Shown: piece after piece, positions 1 to 9,691 of the stretch | Layout: each line of letters begins with the position of its first letter | How positions within the stretch are numbered: the first letter of the stretch is position 1 | From: Cyanobacteria bacterium P01_A01_bin.123 | GTDB lineage: Bacteria; Cyanobacteriota; Cyanobacteriia; Phormidesmidales; Phormidesmidaceae | DNA length: 64,000 nucleotides | NCBI GenBank assembly: GCA_039815185.1 | Contig: JBCBZT010000008.1 | Location: 1-64,000, forward strand | Reading direction: 5' to 3' | The notes under the pieces: generated by a model | The model's input: the letters and a program-made list of their open reading frames with translations, nothing else | What the model was told of the DNA's origin: nothing | Databases searched by the model: none | Program-made: the position numbers and the translations under genes

Positions 1-539
1 ACTCATCACTTCAGACCACCCAACGCTCTGCTCAATCTCAGGAATTACTACCCACGCCAGCCTGTGGGGACGACGAGCCGACACCATCCCAAACTGCGGG
101 GCCGTTTTACACCCCCAATTCACCAGAACGTAAGTCTCTACTAGAGCCAAACACCATTGGCACACGCATCGTTGTTGCCGGCCAGGTACTGTCATCAAGC
201 TGTCAGCCAGTCGCCAATGCCCTGGTCGATTTTTGGCATACCAACGATCAAGGCGAATATGACAATCGCGGCTACACCCTGCGGGGACATCAGTTTACTA
301 ATGCAGAGGGATTCTATCAGTTAGAAACGATCGTGCCGGGCATTTATCCCGGTCGCACCCGCCATTTTCACGTCAAAGTACAGGCTGCCAATCAACCCGT
401 CCTAACCACCCAGCTCTATTTTCCAGAAGAACCTTTGAATCAAGGGGATCAGCTCTTTCAGCCAGAACTTCTAATGACAGTTGAAGACAGGGATGAAGGG
501 AAACAAGCCGTATTTACTTTCGTTCTGGCAATGGGATAA
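1..539 (+). CDS. Intradiol ring-cleavage dioxygenase family protein (5' end outside window)
   Basis: Frame is open from base 3 and reads ...TAGPFY...VDFWHTNDQGEYD...LRGHQFT...TIVPGIYPGRTRHFHVKV, with Tyr/His iron-ligand motifs of intradiol dioxygenases. Confidence 0.85.
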   Translation, partial: SSLQTTQRSAQSQELLPTPACGDDEPTPSQTAGPFYTPNSPERKSLLEPNTIGTRIVVAGQVLSSSCQPVANALVDFWHTNDQGEYDNRGYTLRGHQFTNAEGFYQLETIVPGIYPGRTRHFHVKVQAANQPVLTTQLYFPEEPLNQGDQLFQPELLMTVEDRDEGKQAVFTFVLAMG

Positions 540-551
540 ACCCAGGCAAGT

Positions 552-755
552 TTATTGACGTTGCTGTTTTTTCCACTCGTCAGTCAGCAATCCAGAGAAT
601 CCCCAATCTTCCTCATTGATTTCTTGGATGACGATGTGAATGTACTCCGGCTTTTTCCCGAGTACACGTACCAGGGAATCAGTCACATCTTTGACTAACT
701 CCGCCTTTTGCTCTCGTGTTGCCCCTTTTGTAATCTGAATATTGACGTACGGCAT
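552..755 (-). CDS. 4-oxalocrotonate tautomerase family protein
   Basis: About 67 aa, N-terminal catalytic Pro (M-PYVNIQI), EQKAELV...WGFSG pattern. Confidence 0.9.
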   Translation of the reverse strand: MPYVNIQITKGATREQKAELVKDVTDSLVRVLGKKPEYIHIVIQEINEEDWGFSGLLTDEWKKQQRQ

Positions 756-771
756 CATCAGTTCCTAAAAG

Positions 772-1194
772 TTATTGAGTCTGCTCAGCCAGTTTTTTGG
801 TGTGCTCAACGGCACCCTGAATCGTTTGCTGCCAGTCTGGGCCCCCCTCTGGTTCTTGCCCCGATTTAGCCGTCCAGTGCAGCGTAAAATCTAGCCAGAT
901 TTTGCCGTCTTCCTCAAAAACTGTATTGAGGACAAAGCCTGTATAGATTGGATCATCCGTAAGTTTGAACAACACCGAGCGCGTTTGCTCGTTAGCCACA
1001 ATGATTTCATGCACTGCCTTACCTGAGCTGGTATGCATGAGGCGCTCGATATTGTGACCTGCAAAGCGCTGCACGATTTCAACCTTCTCAACACCAGGAA
1101 CATAGCGATCGGGATGGTCAATTTTGTCAATTAGCAGCTTCCATAGAGTCTCAATGGGGGCATTGACTTCAACCTTATGCGAGGCAAGGGGCAT
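772..1194 (-). CDS. SRPBCC/AtaL-like (DUF1857-type) ligand-binding protein
   Basis: LWKLLIDKIDHPDRYVPGV motif, 140 aa, SRPBCC-like pattern. Confidence 0.7.
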   Translation of the reverse strand: MPLASHKVEVNAPIETLWKLLIDKIDHPDRYVPGVEKVEIVQRFAGHNIERLMHTSSGKAVHEIIVANEQTRSVLFKLTDDPIYTGFVLNTVFEEDGKIWLDFTLHWTAKSGQEPEGGPDWQQTIQGAVEHTKKLAEQTQ

Positions 1195-1412
1195 TTCAAG
1201 TTAACTCCGGACACGTTGGAGGACTACCAAAAGTTTAACGCCCGCTAAGCAGCACTCAGTGACGGAGTTTCAAGAGCCCAAACACAGAGACAAGAAACCC
1301 GACCATCACACCCAATTCTCAATTCAATGGATCAATGAACGCAAAATGAAGTCATAACGATTATGATTTAGATAATGGTAAGAAACTCAATAGCATCCAT
1401 CGAGATACCGCT

Positions 1413-1603
1413 ATGAAAAGACTACAAGGTAAAAACATTCTAATTACCGGCGCTTCCCAAGGACTCGGGCGTCAGCTCGCGCTTTCCTTTGCGCAACAAG
1501 GGGCTGCCGGAATAGCCATTGTCGCTCGCGATCAGCAAACGCTTGACGCTGTAAAGCAAGAAGTCGAGCAAGTTGTGCCCACGGGTGGTGTCGTTGCGAT
1601 CGC
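1413..1603 (+). pseudogene. N-terminal fragment of a short-chain dehydrogenase
   Basis: Rossmann motif ILITGASQGLG; SDR similarity stops at the HIP1 site 1596-1603. Confidence 0.8.
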
Positions 1604-1921
1604 GGCGGTCGAGTGATTGCAGTGGGCACAACGGTTGTACGAGCATTAGAGTCTGCTATCGATGCCAACAAGCGGATTAGGGCTGGGCATAGATATACTC
1701 AATTGCTGATCACAGCACAGCACTCCCTTAAAGCTGTGGATGGCTTGTTGACCGATATGCATGAACCAGAAGCCAGCCATCTGGACTTACTCACGGCGTT
1801 TTTGCCAGCCCATCAGCTCCAGTCTGCCTATGTAGACACCATTCAAAAGGGCTATCTTTGGCATGAGTTTGGAGATTTGAACTTGATCCTTAGAAGCTAT
1901 AGTGCTGGCCAGATTACGTAA
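1598..1921 (+). pseudogene. queA: C-terminal fragment of a QueA-family SAM:tRNA ribosyltransferase-isomerase
   Basis: DRGGRVIAVGTTVVRALES...MHEPEASHL...YLWHEFGDLNLI; N-terminal two-thirds missing. Confidence 0.85.
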
Positions 1922-2086
1922 TGCACCGAGTATCGCGAGGATGACCAACACAAAAGCACTCTGGCTCGCTGTAGCGCCCAAAGCCTTAGGCGCTACGGCG
2001 ATAGATGTGGGACAGAATGCCAGTCTCCAGCACAGACCCCTTGCAGTTGTTAGGTCTACGATCATGGCATTGAATACCCTAAGCCT

Positions 2087-2686
2087 ATGCAATTCATTGC
2101 TTGGTCAATCTGCTCAAAACCAGCAAGACTAGCCGCGATCGCACTATTGTCTGTAACGAGCCTGCCTGCATTCACGAGAGGTGTTCAAGCAGAACAAATC
2201 CCTCAAGTTCCCCCTGAACTCGATCAACTCGCTTATTTTGAGGGAACTTGGCGTTGCGAGCAGCCAGCAGATTCACTTGCCTTTGAGTCAGTTGCGCTGA
2301 CTTGGCTGGTTGAACGCGACCTCAACAACTTCTGGTATGTGGGATACGCAGAAGAAATGACATCAATATCCAATCCAAATCCTGTAAACTCACGAGAATT
2401 CCTGGGATATGATGCGGCTGCCAGGCATTTTGTCCGAATGGCGGCAGTGGGTAATGGTAACCTACTGAATTTGACTTCATCAGGCTGGCAGGGTGAGCAG
2501 TTGACTTGGGAAGGCACTGTCACAGTAGAAGATCAAGCCATTTTTCTGCGCCAGATCATCACCCAGGAAAGTGAAAACCAGTTTTCGGCAACTTACTTCA
2601 TTCTTGATGATGTGAGTCATGAGTGGCAACCTGTTGTGAATGAAACTTGTGAACGCCAAGCTCAGGCTCCCTCTACTGCTGAGTAG
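2087..2686 (+). CDS. Secreted DUF1579-like beta-barrel protein
   Basis: Signal-peptide-like N-terminus; ELDQLAYFEGTW and LGYD motifs. Confidence 0.6.
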   Translation: MQFIAWSICSKPARLAAIALLSVTSLPAFTRGVQAEQIPQVPPELDQLAYFEGTWRCEQPADSLAFESVALTWLVERDLNNFWYVGYAEEMTSISNPNPVNSREFLGYDAAARHFVRMAAVGNGNLLNLTSSGWQGEQLTWEGTVTVEDQAIFLRQIITQESENQFSATYFILDDVSHEWQPVVNETCERQAQAPSTAE

Positions 2687-2713
2687 CCTTTTGCTGTTGT
2701 TCGACTTTAGCTG

Positions 2714-3457
2714 TTAAGCCATTAGAGCCTTAAGGTAAGCCTGCACCGCATCGTATAGACCAAGCTTGAGTGCATCTGCAGTCAGTGCATGGCCGATGGA
2801 AACCTCCAAAATATTTGGAATGGATAGAAATTGGGGCAAATTCTCAAGATTTAGATCATGACCTGCATTGACGCCCAACCCTTCCGCCTGGGCAACTTTG
2901 GCAGCTTCGGCATATTGGCTCAAAAGGTCATCCGCCTGGTTTTCGCGAAATGCCGTGGCGTAGGGCTCGGTGTAAAGTTCAATCCGTGCCGTTTCGTTCG
3001 TGACCCCGAGGGATTTAATTTGCCGAATCTGCTCCGGGTCTGGATCCATAAACAGGCTGACCCGCGCCCCGATCGCCTGCAAGTCTTCAATAATTGGTGT
3101 CAGCGTGTCGCCGTCTTTTTGAATATTCCAACCGTGATCTGATGTGAACTGGTTCGGATCATCCGGCACCAGCGTCGCCTGGGTGGGTTTCACCTCCCGC
3201 ACAATCTGCATAAATGGGGGTTCTAGGGGATTGCCCTCAATGTTGAATTCAATCGCGGGATGGGCCTTGAGCAACGCTGCTAGCTCATACACATCGCTAC
3301 GGCGAATATGGCGTTCATCAGGACGCGGATGCACGGTTAACCCCTGGGCACCTGCCTCAATGCAAGTTTCCGCTGCCCACAACACACTGGGAATACCAAT
3401 GGTGCGCGAATTGCGGATCAAGGCAATTTTGTTGAGGTTAACGCTCAAGTGGGTCAT
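2714..3457 (-). CDS. pdxJ: Pyridoxine 5'-phosphate synthase
   Basis: LSVNLNKIALIRN, TVHPRPDERHIR, NAGHDL, EVSIGHAL motifs. Confidence 0.97.
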   Translation of the reverse strand: MTHLSVNLNKIALIRNSRTIGIPSVLWAAETCIEAGAQGLTVHPRPDERHIRRSDVYELAALLKAHPAIEFNIEGNPLEPPFMQIVREVKPTQATLVPDDPNQFTSDHGWNIQKDGDTLTPIIEDLQAIGARVSLFMDPDPEQIRQIKSLGVTNETARIELYTEPYATAFRENQADDLLSQYAEAAKVAQAEGLGVNAGHDLNLENLPQFLSIPNILEVSIGHALTADALKLGLYDAVQAYLKALMA

Positions 3458-3561
3458 GGCGGTCGATATGAAAGACTAGAAATCAATCTAGCGTATCAGC
3501 AATAGCTGAGCGCTTTAGTTTGCTTTGTATGGCCATGGCAAACCAGATATGAATGAATGCG

Positions 3562-3613
3562 TTGACATTGTACCGAACGATCGGTATATTAGATATGTGC
3601 CGAACGATCGGTA
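3562..3613 (+). promoter_or_regulatory. Sigma70-type promoter with two TetR-like operator copies
   Basis: TTGACA(3562)-17 bp-TATATT(3585); imperfect palindrome TRCCGAACGATCGGTA at 3571-3586 and 3598-3613. Confidence 0.75.
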
Positions 3614-3662
3614 TAACTCTTCCAACAGCATCCCTCTCACTTGCGCACTCATGGAGGTGCCT

Positions 3663-4658
3663 ATGAAACTCACCAAACAAAGCCTTGCTCAGCGCTCAGA
3701 CCATATCTACGATGTCTTGGTTGTCGGCGGTGGCGCCGCTGGACTCTCAGCGGGGATCTATCTGCAACGCTATCTGTTGTCCACGCTGATCATCGACAAA
3801 GGCAAAGCCCGTTCGTTTTGGATGCAAGAATTGCACAACTACCTAGGATTGCCTCCAGATACTCCGGGTCGGGATGTCTTGAAACAGGGCAAAGATCATT
3901 ACCTATCCCTAGAGGGCGACTACCTAAACGGTTACGTAGAAGACGTGACTGACGAAGGTGAAACCTTTGCGGTGCGGGTGCGGATCGGACGCAACAATCC
4001 GACCTACACCGTGTTTCGCAGCCGCTATCTGATCGCGGGTAGTGGCGTCATCGATCACCTGCCACAGCTCGCCGATATGCAGAACGTGTTTGACTATGCC
4101 GGGCACAATCTACATGTATGTCTGATCTGTGACGGTTACGAGATGCGCGATCAACGGGCAGGTGTGTTTGGACGCAGTGAGTCCAGTCTGGAAGTTGCCT
4201 TCCCCTTGGGCTGGTTCACGCCCAACATCACGCTATTCACCAATGGCGCATTTGAGGTGAGTGCAGACTTTCGCGATCGCCTCCGTAGCCAAGGCTATCA
4301 ATTAGTCGAGCAGCCGATTAAACGTTTTCTGGGTGAAAACCATCAGATGAGCGGCGTTGAACTCGCTGATGGATCTGTGGTGGAACTGGATACAGGACTG
4401 GTTTCGATGGGATCGAAATATCACGCGGACTATCTGCAAAACATTGATCTGGAATACCAGGGTGGCAACCTGATCACAGACAACATGAACCGCACATCCC
4501 ACCCCCGTATCTTTGCCATTGGGGATTTGAAAGTGGGGATGAATCAAGTGGTAACTGCTGCTGCGGATGGGGCCCTTGCGGCTACCCAAATCTGGCGCGA
4601 TACCCGTCGGCGTGAAGGCACTCGGCGTCCATCACCAACCATGAATAATGCTGCTTAG
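3663..4658 (+). CDS. NAD(P)/FAD-dependent oxidoreductase, thioredoxin-reductase-like
   Basis: GGGAAG FAD motif, CLIC redox motif, IFAIGD; GGAGG RBS before ATG 3663. Confidence 0.88.
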   Translation: MKLTKQSLAQRSDHIYDVLVVGGGAAGLSAGIYLQRYLLSTLIIDKGKARSFWMQELHNYLGLPPDTPGRDVLKQGKDHYLSLEGDYLNGYVEDVTDEGETFAVRVRIGRNNPTYTVFRSRYLIAGSGVIDHLPQLADMQNVFDYAGHNLHVCLICDGYEMRDQRAGVFGRSESSLEVAFPLGWFTPNITLFTNGAFEVSADFRDRLRSQGYQLVEQPIKRFLGENHQMSGVELADGSVVELDTGLVSMGSKYHADYLQNIDLEYQGGNLITDNMNRTSHPRIFAIGDLKVGMNQVVTAAADGALAATQIWRDTRRREGTRRPSPTMNNAA

Positions 4659-4780
4659 GCGTTTTCTGGCAAAGAACTTACCCGTATCGAGGCCCTCTTT
4701 TTAGGTCTATCCTCAGAGCTTTAAGACTCTTCCTCTGTATGCCCGAAGGCTATATCTTGAGGGACTTTGAGAGGTTTATT

Positions 4781-4809
4781 CCCCCCAGAATTGGGGGGCT
4801 AGGGGGGCT
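4781..4809. repeat. Cyanobacterial palindromic G/C-run repeat
   Basis: CCCCCCAGAATTGGGGGGCTAGGGGGGC; related copy at 58825-58855. Confidence 0.6.
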
Positions 4810-4898
4810 AAATCATACCGCTATTCAGCAACGCCCTTTTTCGAGAAATTTCCTGAGCCAACTTGATGTGAATAATCCAGCCATTGGAGGTATCTATT

Positions 4899-5174
4899 AT
4901 GGCAAACGTTGAAATTTACACTTGGAGTACCTGCCCATTTTGTCGTCGGGCTAAACAACTGCTTGACCAAAAGGGCCTCCACTACACCGAGTACACCCTT
5001 GATGGCGACGAAGCTGCCAGAGATGCAATGGTGGCCAGGGGTACAAATGGCCGACGATCTGTGCCGCAGATATTCATCAACGACCAACACATTGGCGGCA
5101 GCGACGATTTATACCACCTAGACGCCGTAGGGGAACTGGATAAGTTATTAAGTCCAACGGGGGCACCATGCTAA
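4899..5174 (+). CDS. grxC: Glutaredoxin 3
   Basis: CPFC active site, SVPQIFI and IGGSDD motifs. Confidence 0.93.
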   Translation: MANVEIYTWSTCPFCRRAKQLLDQKGLHYTEYTLDGDEAARDAMVARGTNGRRSVPQIFINDQHIGGSDDLYHLDAVGELDKLLSPTGAPC

Positions 5175-5758
5175 CCGTCGACACATTTCCCTCGGTGCTT
5201 CAGAGTGCCGTCACTCACCATCGGGTTGCAAAAGATCAAATCCTGTTTCAGCAGGGAGAGCCCACTCAATCCATTTTTTGGGTAAAGTCTGGTCGGTTAA
5301 AGCTGGTGAGTTTTACCGAACAACACATGATTACCCACTACTCGGTAGGTGCAGGTGAAAGTTTTGCAGAAACGGCTTTGTATTTCGAGACTTATGCCTG
5401 TACAGCGATCGCAGAACAACCCTCGCAAGTCATAGCCATTCCCAAACAAGTCTTTCGGGAGGCCTTGCACCAATCTCCTGAGCTGTCTAACCAGTACTTG
5501 ATGCATCTAACCCATCGGTTTTCTGCCGTCAAACAGTTATTAGAGCTGCGGAGTATTCGGTTAGCTCGCGATCGCCTGCTGCATTACCTCTCCCATCAAC
5601 GGCAGCCGAATCAATTAACGGTGCCACTTAGACAATCGCTAAAAAGCCTAGCACTTGAACTGGGATTAGCCCCCGAAGTACTATCCCGAACCTTTGCGCA
5701 ATTGGAAGCAGATGATGTCTTAAGCCGTAAAAAAGGCAGCGTCACCTTCAACGAGTAG
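5168..5758 (+). CDS. Crp/Fnr family transcriptional regulator
   Basis: cNMP-binding domain (LFQQGE...GESFAE) and C-terminal HTH (LGLAPEVLSR). Confidence 0.9.
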   Translation: MLTVDTFPSVLQSAVTHHRVAKDQILFQQGEPTQSIFWVKSGRLKLVSFTEQHMITHYSVGAGESFAETALYFETYACTAIAEQPSQVIAIPKQVFREALHQSPELSNQYLMHLTHRFSAVKQLLELRSIRLARDRLLHYLSHQRQPNQLTVPLRQSLKSLALELGLAPEVLSRTFAQLEADDVLSRKKGSVTFNE

Positions 5759-5847
5759 TGGCTGAATCTTTGAAGCTTCCCTGGCATCAAAAGTTGCGGA
5801 GTGTCACCCTTTGCAACGCTCCATCAAGAATCTCAACCAAAGGCTGC

Positions 5848-5872
5848 AAACTTGATGGGCGTCATCAAGTTT
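5848..5872. promoter_or_regulatory. Inverted repeat, candidate Crp/Fnr-type operator
   Basis: AAACTTGATG-N5-CATCAAGTTT perfect arms upstream of the YHS gene. Confidence 0.5.
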
Positions 5873-5922
5873 AGAAAACACAGCCCCTTACGATTGGGCA
5901 GTTTCGCTTAGGAGATCAAACC

Positions 5923-6318
5923 ATGGCTAATCCAATTAATGTGACGGAAACAGGGGTTGCTCTCCAAGGCTATGACCCCGTTTCCTATTTCACGAGCAAT
6001 CCAACTGCTGGCAATCCCCAAATCACTTCGGTGTATGCCGGGACAACTTATTACTTCATCAGCGAAGAGAACAAGACTCAATTTGAAGCTGATCCGGAAC
6101 GCTACCTTCCCGAATATGGCGGATTCTGTGCCATTGCAGTTTCTGAGGGCAAACTTGTCCCGGTTGATCCAGAGACCTACAAAATCACGGACGGCAAGTT
6201 GTACCTGTTCTACAACGGCGAATTTGGCAACACCAAACCTCAGTGGGAAGCCGATGAAGCTAACCGTCGCGCCGATGCCGATGCCCATTGGGAAAAAGGC
6301 GATTTAGTTAAACCCTAA
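5923..6318 (+). CDS. YHS domain-containing protein (Cys form)
   Basis: GYDPVSYF, YYFISEEN...FEADPERYLPEYGGFCA, DGKLYL. Confidence 0.88.
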   Translation: MANPINVTETGVALQGYDPVSYFTSNPTAGNPQITSVYAGTTYYFISEENKTQFEADPERYLPEYGGFCAIAVSEGKLVPVDPETYKITDGKLYLFYNGEFGNTKPQWEADEANRRADADAHWEKGDLVKP

Positions 6319-6377
6319 GTCCCATATCCGCAAGGCGCTCAAATTAATCTACCCATCTTGAACGGAGAGAAAGAACC

Positions 6378-7340
6378 ATGGCATCCCCAGGCTGGACACG
6401 CCCTGAATCGCCCTTTCATGCAGGTGAACTGGCCATTCAGTCCCGACTCGGCACACAGGAGCGGATGGATAAACAGGGGCGACGGTTCATCCGGGAATAT
6501 CTCCCAGAACAGCATCGCCAGTTCTTTGCCCAACTGCCCTATGTGATTGTGGGTACAGTGGATGCGTCAGGTTGTCTTTGGGCCTCTATTCTGGTCGGAG
6601 ATCCAGGTTTTCTCTCCGCACCTAATGAGCAGACCTTACAAGTTGCCGCCAAGCCCCTGTTTGGTGATCCCTTAGCCCAAACACTCGCGGATGGTATCGA
6701 CATTGGCTTGCTTGGCATTGAACTCCACACCCGCCGCCGCAACCGAATGAATGGGGTGGTCACAGCAACTCAGGCCGACGGCTTTACGGTGCAGGTCTGG
6801 CAAAGCTTCGGCAATTGCCCTAAATATATTCAAGCCCGTAGGTTTGATCTGCTCAACTTCGACCCAGCAACGCCTAAACCAATTCATGAGATCACCGCAT
6901 TAACAGCACCGGAACGCGCCATGATCGCAGCAGCTGACACTTTCTTTATTGCAACCGCCTATCAAGCTGAATCAGCGGGGCATGCCAGCGGCGTTGACGT
7001 CTCCCATCGAGGCGGTAAATCCGGCTTTGTGCGGATAGATGGCGACAGCACGCTAACGATTCCTGACTTTGCTGGCAATTGCCACTTTAATACCTTCGGC
7101 AACATAGAGCTGAATCCCCATTCAGGGCTCTTGTTTGTAGACTTCGACCGAGGCGACCTGCTATATCTCACCGGCACTGCCGAAGTCATTTGGGAAGGCC
7201 CAGAAATCAGCACCTATGCTGAGGCGGAACGGTTATTTCGCTTCCACCCAGAAAAAGGCTATCGAGTAGAAGGTAGCCTTCCCCTACGCTGGTCCGCCCC
7301 ACAGTTTTCGCCCTTCCTTGAGCCGACGGGATCGTGGTAA
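6378..7340 (+). CDS. Pyridoxamine 5'-phosphate oxidase family FMN-binding protein
   Basis: SPFHAGE, RRRNRMNG, FGNCPKYIQ, DVSHRGGKSGF, PDFAGN. Confidence 0.88.
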   Translation: MASPGWTRPESPFHAGELAIQSRLGTQERMDKQGRRFIREYLPEQHRQFFAQLPYVIVGTVDASGCLWASILVGDPGFLSAPNEQTLQVAAKPLFGDPLAQTLADGIDIGLLGIELHTRRRNRMNGVVTATQADGFTVQVWQSFGNCPKYIQARRFDLLNFDPATPKPIHEITALTAPERAMIAAADTFFIATAYQAESAGHASGVDVSHRGGKSGFVRIDGDSTLTIPDFAGNCHFNTFGNIELNPHSGLLFVDFDRGDLLYLTGTAEVIWEGPEISTYAEAERLFRFHPEKGYRVEGSLPLRWSAPQFSPFLEPTGSW

Positions 7341-7482
7341 ATCTAACAATTTTGAATTTTGGAGGTTAACAGTCGCTGGTTAATGGAGCGATCGCCAACA
7401 CCTCCCCATCTCCCTTACCTTCCCCACGCCCCTTTTACACACTCGAACCTTTATCCCTTATCACTAACCGGAGACCAACCCC

Positions 7483-7887
7483 ATGGCAATCACACAAGGC
7501 GCTCACCATATTGGACTCACCGTTCCAGACTTAACAGCAGCTCGTAATTTTTTCGTAGAGATCTTGGGTTTTAAGCAGGTGGGTGAAGTGCCCGATTATC
7601 CAGCCATCTTTATTGCTGACGGGACAATCATGCTAACGCTCTGGCAGGCCGTTGATCCAGACAGTGCCACACCGTTCGATCGGAAGCACATTATCGGGCT
7701 GCATCACTTTGCACTCAAGGTTGACAGCTTAGAAACCCTTAAGTCTCTCCATCAAACCTTATTGAATACCGCCGGCGTTGAAATTGAGTTTGCCCCTGAA
7801 CCATTGGGCGGTGGGCCTATCCATCACATGATGTTCTACATTCCGGGTGGTATTCGGATGGAATTAATTGCCCCAGCTGCTGCATAA
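7483..7887 (+). CDS. VOC/glyoxalase family protein
   Basis: HHIGLTV...GLHHFAL...PGGIRME metal-ligand pattern. Confidence 0.88.
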   Translation: MAITQGAHHIGLTVPDLTAARNFFVEILGFKQVGEVPDYPAIFIADGTIMLTLWQAVDPDSATPFDRKHIIGLHHFALKVDSLETLKSLHQTLLNTAGVEIEFAPEPLGGGPIHHMMFYIPGGIRMELIAPAAA

Positions 7888-8400
7888 CTACATCAGCTCT
7901 CCGGTATATCCAAGCTCCAACTCAAACCGTTGTTCATTCACAGGGTTCCCCCACTGCGTTCCCCGGAATTGCTCTACCAGCACAAAGCCCATCTTTTCAT
8001 ACAGATGGCGGGCTGCATCGAGTCCTTCAAACGTCCAGAGATAAACGCGTCGATATCTTTGATCGCGGCAGAAATCAATTGCTGTCCTAATTAACTGACG
8101 CCCAACCCCTTTTCCGCGTAACCTGTCTGCCACAATAAAGTATCGAAGATGAGCACCTTTGCCATCAGCATCGACACCATCAATGGCAATAGAACCTCCA
8201 ATACTGCCTGCTGCCGATGCCGTCCAAAGACCATCTCGACGTTTATCATATCTATTCAGAAATGTTGATAGCCCAGTTGCAACCTTGGCTTCAAAGAACA
8301 AACCTAATCCCCAATGCTGATGATAATAGGCTCCATGTAACTCAGCGATACGACCAATTGAACCTGGAATATATCCTTCTATAATTTTGATATCTGACAT
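7888..8400 (-). CDS. GNAT N-acetyltransferase
   Basis: RGKGVGRQL acetyl-CoA motif, ARHLYEKMGF. Confidence 0.88.
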   Translation of the reverse strand: MSDIKIIEGYIPGSIGRIAELHGAYYHQHWGLGLFFEAKVATGLSTFLNRYDKRRDGLWTASAAGSIGGSIAIDGVDADGKGAHLRYFIVADRLRGKGVGRQLIRTAIDFCRDQRYRRVYLWTFEGLDAARHLYEKMGFVLVEQFRGTQWGNPVNEQRFELELGYTGELM

Positions 8401-8464
8401 GCCTCAACTCCAGATTATGAGATTGCCTTTCGTCTTGATAAATGTGATTAGATATATTTGAAAA

Positions 8465-9424
8465 TTAGGTTGACTTATCAACGAGCTTCAGTTCCATCTG
8501 GATATTACAACGCTGATAAGGAGAAGTTTGCCCAGTTACTTTCCGGAATCCTAATTTTTGATACAGCCTGATTGCAGGTTCTAGCACAGTATTGCTTTCG
8601 ATATAAATCGTTTTTGCGCCGAGTTCTCGGGCTTTAGCGATCGCGGCTTTTCCCAACAACTCACCAATGCCTTTACCTTTGGCATGCTCTGTCACTGCCA
8701 TCTTCGCCAATTCATAGGTGTCGTCAGTCATTTTGACTAACGCACAAGTGCCCACAACTTCACCCTCATAGCGTGCCATATAAATATGGCCACCCGGTTT
8801 TAGAATTTTCTCATTAGGATGATCAAGATATTTGCGATCAGCATCTTCTATTATGAAGTATTGCTCAATCCATGCATAATTGAGACGCTTAAAGTCATCT
8901 AGAAATTCTGGTGCATAGTTAATGATTTCAACTCGCTCACATTCACGTACCTTTCGAATGCCTTGAACACGACCGAAGAAATTTCTCTCGGCCAGCAAGA
9001 ACTCAACTTCTTCAACGGCTTTCCATAAATCATGTTGCGTTTCTGACAATAAATCTTCTACAGCCTGAGTCGCATCAAGATACAGCTTCTCGATTGTAGG
9101 AATCAGTTGTTTGCCAGCACTAGAGAGCTTAATAACACTCACCCTGCCATCCACAGTACTTTTGTCACTAACAACCAGCTTTTTTGTCTTCATTTCTTTG
9201 ACAATTTGACTGACGGATGGATGGGAGTGGCCAATAATTTGAGCAATTTCAGTGATGGATGCTTCCGCTTGATGGGAGAGGACATAAAAGACAGGAAACC
9301 ATTTTGGGTCTAACGCAACCTCATAGAGCGCAAAGATTCTGACCGCATCTTCTAGCAGGCGATCGCTGAGGCGACGCAGGCGGCTACCTAACGCCATTTT
9401 GCCAGTTTGACGATAGAAATCCAT
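8465..9424 (-). CDS. MarR HTH-GNAT acetyltransferase fusion
   Basis: ALGSRLRRLS...SHPSVSQ...DGR winged HTH followed by ELAKMAV...KGKGIG GNAT; start at MDFY. Confidence 0.88.
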   Translation of the reverse strand: MDFYRQTGKMALGSRLRRLSDRLLEDAVRIFALYEVALDPKWFPVFYVLSHQAEASITEIAQIIGHSHPSVSQIVKEMKTKKLVVSDKSTVDGRVSVIKLSSAGKQLIPTIEKLYLDATQAVEDLLSETQHDLWKAVEEVEFLLAERNFFGRVQGIRKVRECERVEIINYAPEFLDDFKRLNYAWIEQYFIIEDADRKYLDHPNEKILKPGGHIYMARYEGEVVGTCALVKMTDDTYELAKMAVTEHAKGKGIGELLGKAAIAKARELGAKTIYIESNTVLEPAIRLYQKLGFRKVTGQTSPYQRCNIQMELKLVDKST

Positions 9425-9435
9425 ACATACAAAGT

Positions 9436-9449
9436 TAGTTACGTAACTA
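9436..9449. promoter_or_regulatory. Candidate autoregulatory MarR operator
   Basis: Perfect palindrome TAGTTACGTAACTA just upstream of the MarR-GNAT start. Confidence 0.55.
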
Positions 9450-9691
9450 GTTACATATCTACCACGATCACACAGTTGATGCCAATTGATCGTCAGGCCT
9501 CTATAAAAAACTTCATTGAGGCTTGTATCCAGTGGTCTAAAGTAGGCGATCGCAGTCAAAGTTGCCCTATTGGTGGCAGTGAAACCGATACAGCCTTTGA
9601 CAACAGCCTTTGACAGTTGAACGGCATGTGAAACATCTTCTCCAGCACTAACAATTGGGCACTCTAGATCAGCTGACTGGCGCTAGCCCTA

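Noticed and set aside
3525..3662. N-terminal extension of the oxidoreductase shown in the ORF track
   Set aside because: It overlaps the promoter and operators; the RBS supports ATG 3663
5923..6318. Selenoprotein
   Set aside because: The motif position is Cys (TGT); there is no in-frame TGA
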